Shown: positions 48,021 through 50,782 of the stretch, piece by piece
How positions within the stretch are numbered: the stretch's first letter is position 1
How the letters are laid out: every line of letters starts with the position of its first letter
NCBI RefSeq assembly: GCF_004010195.1
Contig: NC_057718.1
Coordinates: 67,482,588 to 67,533,369 of the forward strand
DNA from: Chiloscyllium plagiosum
Lineage: Eukaryota
Reading direction: 5' to 3'
Length of the DNA: 50,782 nt
Made by a program: the position numbers and the translations under genes
Notes under the pieces: generated by a model
What the model saw: the letters and a program-made list of their open reading frames with translations, nothing else
Told to the model about the DNA's origin: nothing
Database searches by the model: none

Positions 48021-50236
48021 GGGACACCCAGTCAGCCACATACAGATGTATGAAAGAGTTCACCAATTCCTTGTTCAAAAGGACCAAGATTTTGTGATAT
48101 TCACCACAGATCCTGAGACCAAGGAACAAAAACTGTTGGATTCAGCTCCAGAGCTGGATTTCCACAGTTAGGAAGAGCAATTGTTAGCCCATGTGTAATA
48201 CTGAGAGCTCATTAAACATTCAAAAACTGAAAAGCAGTTCACTCACGCAATGTGCAGCTGGTCTATCATCACCCCAAACAAATGCTCCAGATGTGCACTT
48301 GCTTACCAGGGACTTTCTCATGAATCACATATTTTCTCACTCATTTTCAGATGCCTCAGCTATTTTCTCCATCTTCACAGCAGCAAGGGTGAATATCAAA
48401 CAACAGGGGTATTCTCAGAAGACTTGACTCGCAGCACCTATGCTGAACTAATAAAGCTCAACAGAATGCTGCCCATGCCTCAAAGTAGACCATGCAATTC
48501 ATAAAGTGATGTTCTAGTGCCTTGGCTGCTCAGTTGGAGCACTGCAGTACATACCTGAGAGAGTCTTATGGATCTTTGGAACCTTCTGCACCCCCTGTAC
48601 ACCCTCACACAGCAAAGATGTGATGAATTATCATCGGGGAGATGAAAGAGCTGCACTTACCCTCAGATGACAATGAAGGAGAAGAATCAGAAGAGTCTGA
48701 GGTGATGCTTAGTACTCCTCACCACCCCTCCCCCTCAACCCCATTCCCAGGATAAATGCCAAGGCAATGGAATGACACACCAGCCAGGCCCTTCAGATTA
48801 TCGCTGAATCCCAATTTCAACCAGTCAGAGACTGTCTGCAATATCTCTTGGTTTCTGCCTTAATAACTATTATCATGGGAAAGCCACCAGACATAGCACA
48901 CTCCCTCCAAACCAACGTACAGCTTAATATAACTGAGACCGATAAGGGAGAAGGATGTCATTGTCACAAATGAACACGCCCATGTGCATGATCCTGTCAA
49001 AGTTATGGGCCTCTGGCTTGGAAAGAAGTCACCCATTGTTCCAATTGTGACACGGCTTTGCCTATCAAAGGAGGGAATCACTCAGTTACCGACACTACTA
49101 AGACAGCAGTGTAGGAATGGGATGAGAAAGAAATGATGGCTTGTCAACAAGATTCCAAAGTCTCAACCTAATAAAGGTTTAATAAATATCACTATTCTGA
49201 GGCTCCACCATAAATGATGTGCCCATTACCCCCATCATCAGCCATCATTGATGGCCCTTAGAGTCCTTGTCTGTTCCACACAACACACATGGATAAAGTG
49301 AGCAAAACAATATTTTTACACATAAAATTCCAATGTCATAGAACGATTAGACACCTGTGCCACCTAGTGCCATTAGAAGGTTTTTCGCACTTGTTTTGTT
49401 TATCACAGGCAGCTTACCAGGTGCTCTGGCTCATTGTCTGAGATGATTTTACTCGTCTTTTACCTATGCTACAAAGCCTGCTGAGCATCTTCTACAGGTG
49501 CAGCCTCTTTAGTCTCACATCCTGAAGGCACAGGAGTCACTGGCAGACTGAAGGAGCACAGGTAACTCACTTTTGAACTGCCCTCAGATAATGCCCCTAA
49601 GGTGGATTGCTACAATCTTTTGCATGTAGGCTCATGACAACACCTCCTTGACTCCAGGAGGCCAAGAGGCACCTGGAGCAAAACTGAGATTATCCCAGAA
49701 GTTTGGAAGAAGGGTGACTGGACTCAAAACATTTATTCTGTTCACCTGCTGCTTTCACCACGGATCAGGACCTCCTGTTGTTCCTGGAAGGACTGGAAGG
49801 GACGCAACTGTCCGGGCCCCTCAGTCCTGCATAGGTAATTGACTGGTCACCTCCTAATTGCATATAGTCAGCTATCCTGCCACCATGTGGTTGTCCTGTG
49901 TACTGCCATCTGAACACTCACCATTGTGACAAAATCCTGCCCTTGGGCTCATCAACATAAACGTAATTTAAATTCCAACAAGAAGAAAATAAAAGTTGTA
50001 AAGAATGACAAATCCTTGGCCGTAGATGACTTCCCTCCAAGGAATTTAAAGGAAATAATTGAGAACATTGAAGATATCAGAATTATAATTTCTTAATTCA
50101 GGAACTGAAATTCCTTATGTTTGACCATCTCACTTTTGGATGTCACTTCACCATTTGCGAAAGTTGAAAGGGGGAAAACGAGAAATCATGGATCATAAAA
50201 TCATCAAACATAGGATTAGATGTAGATCATTTAGCC

Positions 50237-50360
50237 CAGCCATTCTCAACAGGGGCCATATGGCCCCCTTAGGGGACCTGGTACATTTGAAGGGGGCCAC
50301 AGACTGAAAACTGTGAGAAAAGGAGCCCTAAGGGTTCCTGGGGGCCCTAGTAACTGAACC
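50237..50360 (+). mobile_element. Possible hAT-type DNA transposon end
   Basis: cagccattctcaacagggg resembles CAGxGGTTCTCAA hAT termini; perfect palindrome ggggccatatggcccc at 50252-50267; repeated ggggcc motifs. The other end is not in the window. Confidence 0.4.
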
Positions 50361-50591
50361 GATGAAATATCCAAGCAACAACCTTCATTAGAGCCAATAG
50401 TTTCCCTCCTATTTATAATATCTTTCCAATACACCATTTGAATTTGACACACCTGGTAAATTAATTGCTTAAGCTCCTCCCTCACTTCAGAGTCAGCCAC
50501 GAATCAGACTGCACCAGATCAATGTATTCAGATCACAGAGGTCCTGAAGGACAATGGCCTTACTGTTTATGTGAAACATCTAAAGCAGACA

Positions 50592-50782
50592 GGAGAAAGT
50601 GAGGACTGCAGAGTTGAAAAGTGTGGGGCTGTAAAAGCGCAGCAAGCCAGGCAGCATCCGAGGAGCAGGAGAATCGACATTGCAGGCATAAGCCCTTCTT
50701 CAGGAATGAGGTGTGCCAAGCGGGCTGAGATAAAAGGTGGTGGGGGTGGAATTTGAGGGAGGGGCGCTGGGAATATGATAGT
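50592..50782 (-). mobile_element. PLE family A 3' end (runs off window)
   Basis: ggagaaagtgaggactgcag...ggcagcatccgaggagcaggagaatcgac...gcccttcttcaggaat. Confidence 0.9.

Larger units (their letters stand above)
47600..48700 (+). pseudogene. PIF/Harbinger DDE transposase (HARBI1-like) fossil, near full length
   Basis: ER*CQRQLRIL*QSVINLC; ITALNFYIIEPFQDS; TQSATYRCMKEFTNSLFKR; GFSSRAGFPQLGRAIV/AHV; FKN*KAVHSRNVQLVYHH...CLPG/SHESHIF; QQGYSQKT*LAAP; NAAHASK*T; KVMF*CLGCSVGALQYIPERV. All collinear with the Harbinger transposase motif order; catalytic Asp positions mutated. Confidence 0.85.

Noticed and set aside
47600..48700. Functional host HARBI1 gene
   Set aside because: Stops, frameshifts, mutated catalytic positions and PLE insertions; treated as a transposon fossil with no gene symbol.
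1..50782. CRISPR array, retron or other prokaryotic system
   Set aside because: No regularly spaced repeats or operon-like ORFs; the repeated sequences are dispersed vertebrate retroelements and all RT fragments are non-LTR or PLE type.

Overview
Repeat-dense, apparently intergenic or intronic DNA from a cartilaginous fish. The HE1-type SINEs, CR1/HER1 LINEs and Penelope families point to a shark, probably a carpet/bamboo shark (inference). I recognise no intact host protein-coding gene, and almost every ORF in the supplied track is a decayed or antisense retroelement fragment. Contents: (1) one decayed L1-clade LINE ORF2 (about 0.3-5.9 kb); (2) many nested CR1 fragments; (3) an RTE fragment; (4) eight HE1 SINE copies; (5) about 17 Penelope-like element (PLE) pieces from three families carrying minimal hammerhead-ribozyme cores, four of them fold-back insertions; (6) fossils of PIF/Harbinger DNA transposons, including two clear transposase remnants and a spliced Myb/SANT partner gene. 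The most interesting signals are a LINE whose endonuclease ORF sits directly behind a tRNA-like Pol III SINE head, with local SINE copies that look like its 5' head joined to its 3' tail; about 90-130 bp hammerhead mini-elements whose ends and fold-back points cluster at the ribozyme core; the Harbinger two-gene fossils; and two short locally templated insertions. All identifications are by eye from motif recall; no database search was run, and boundaries of old repeats are approximate.
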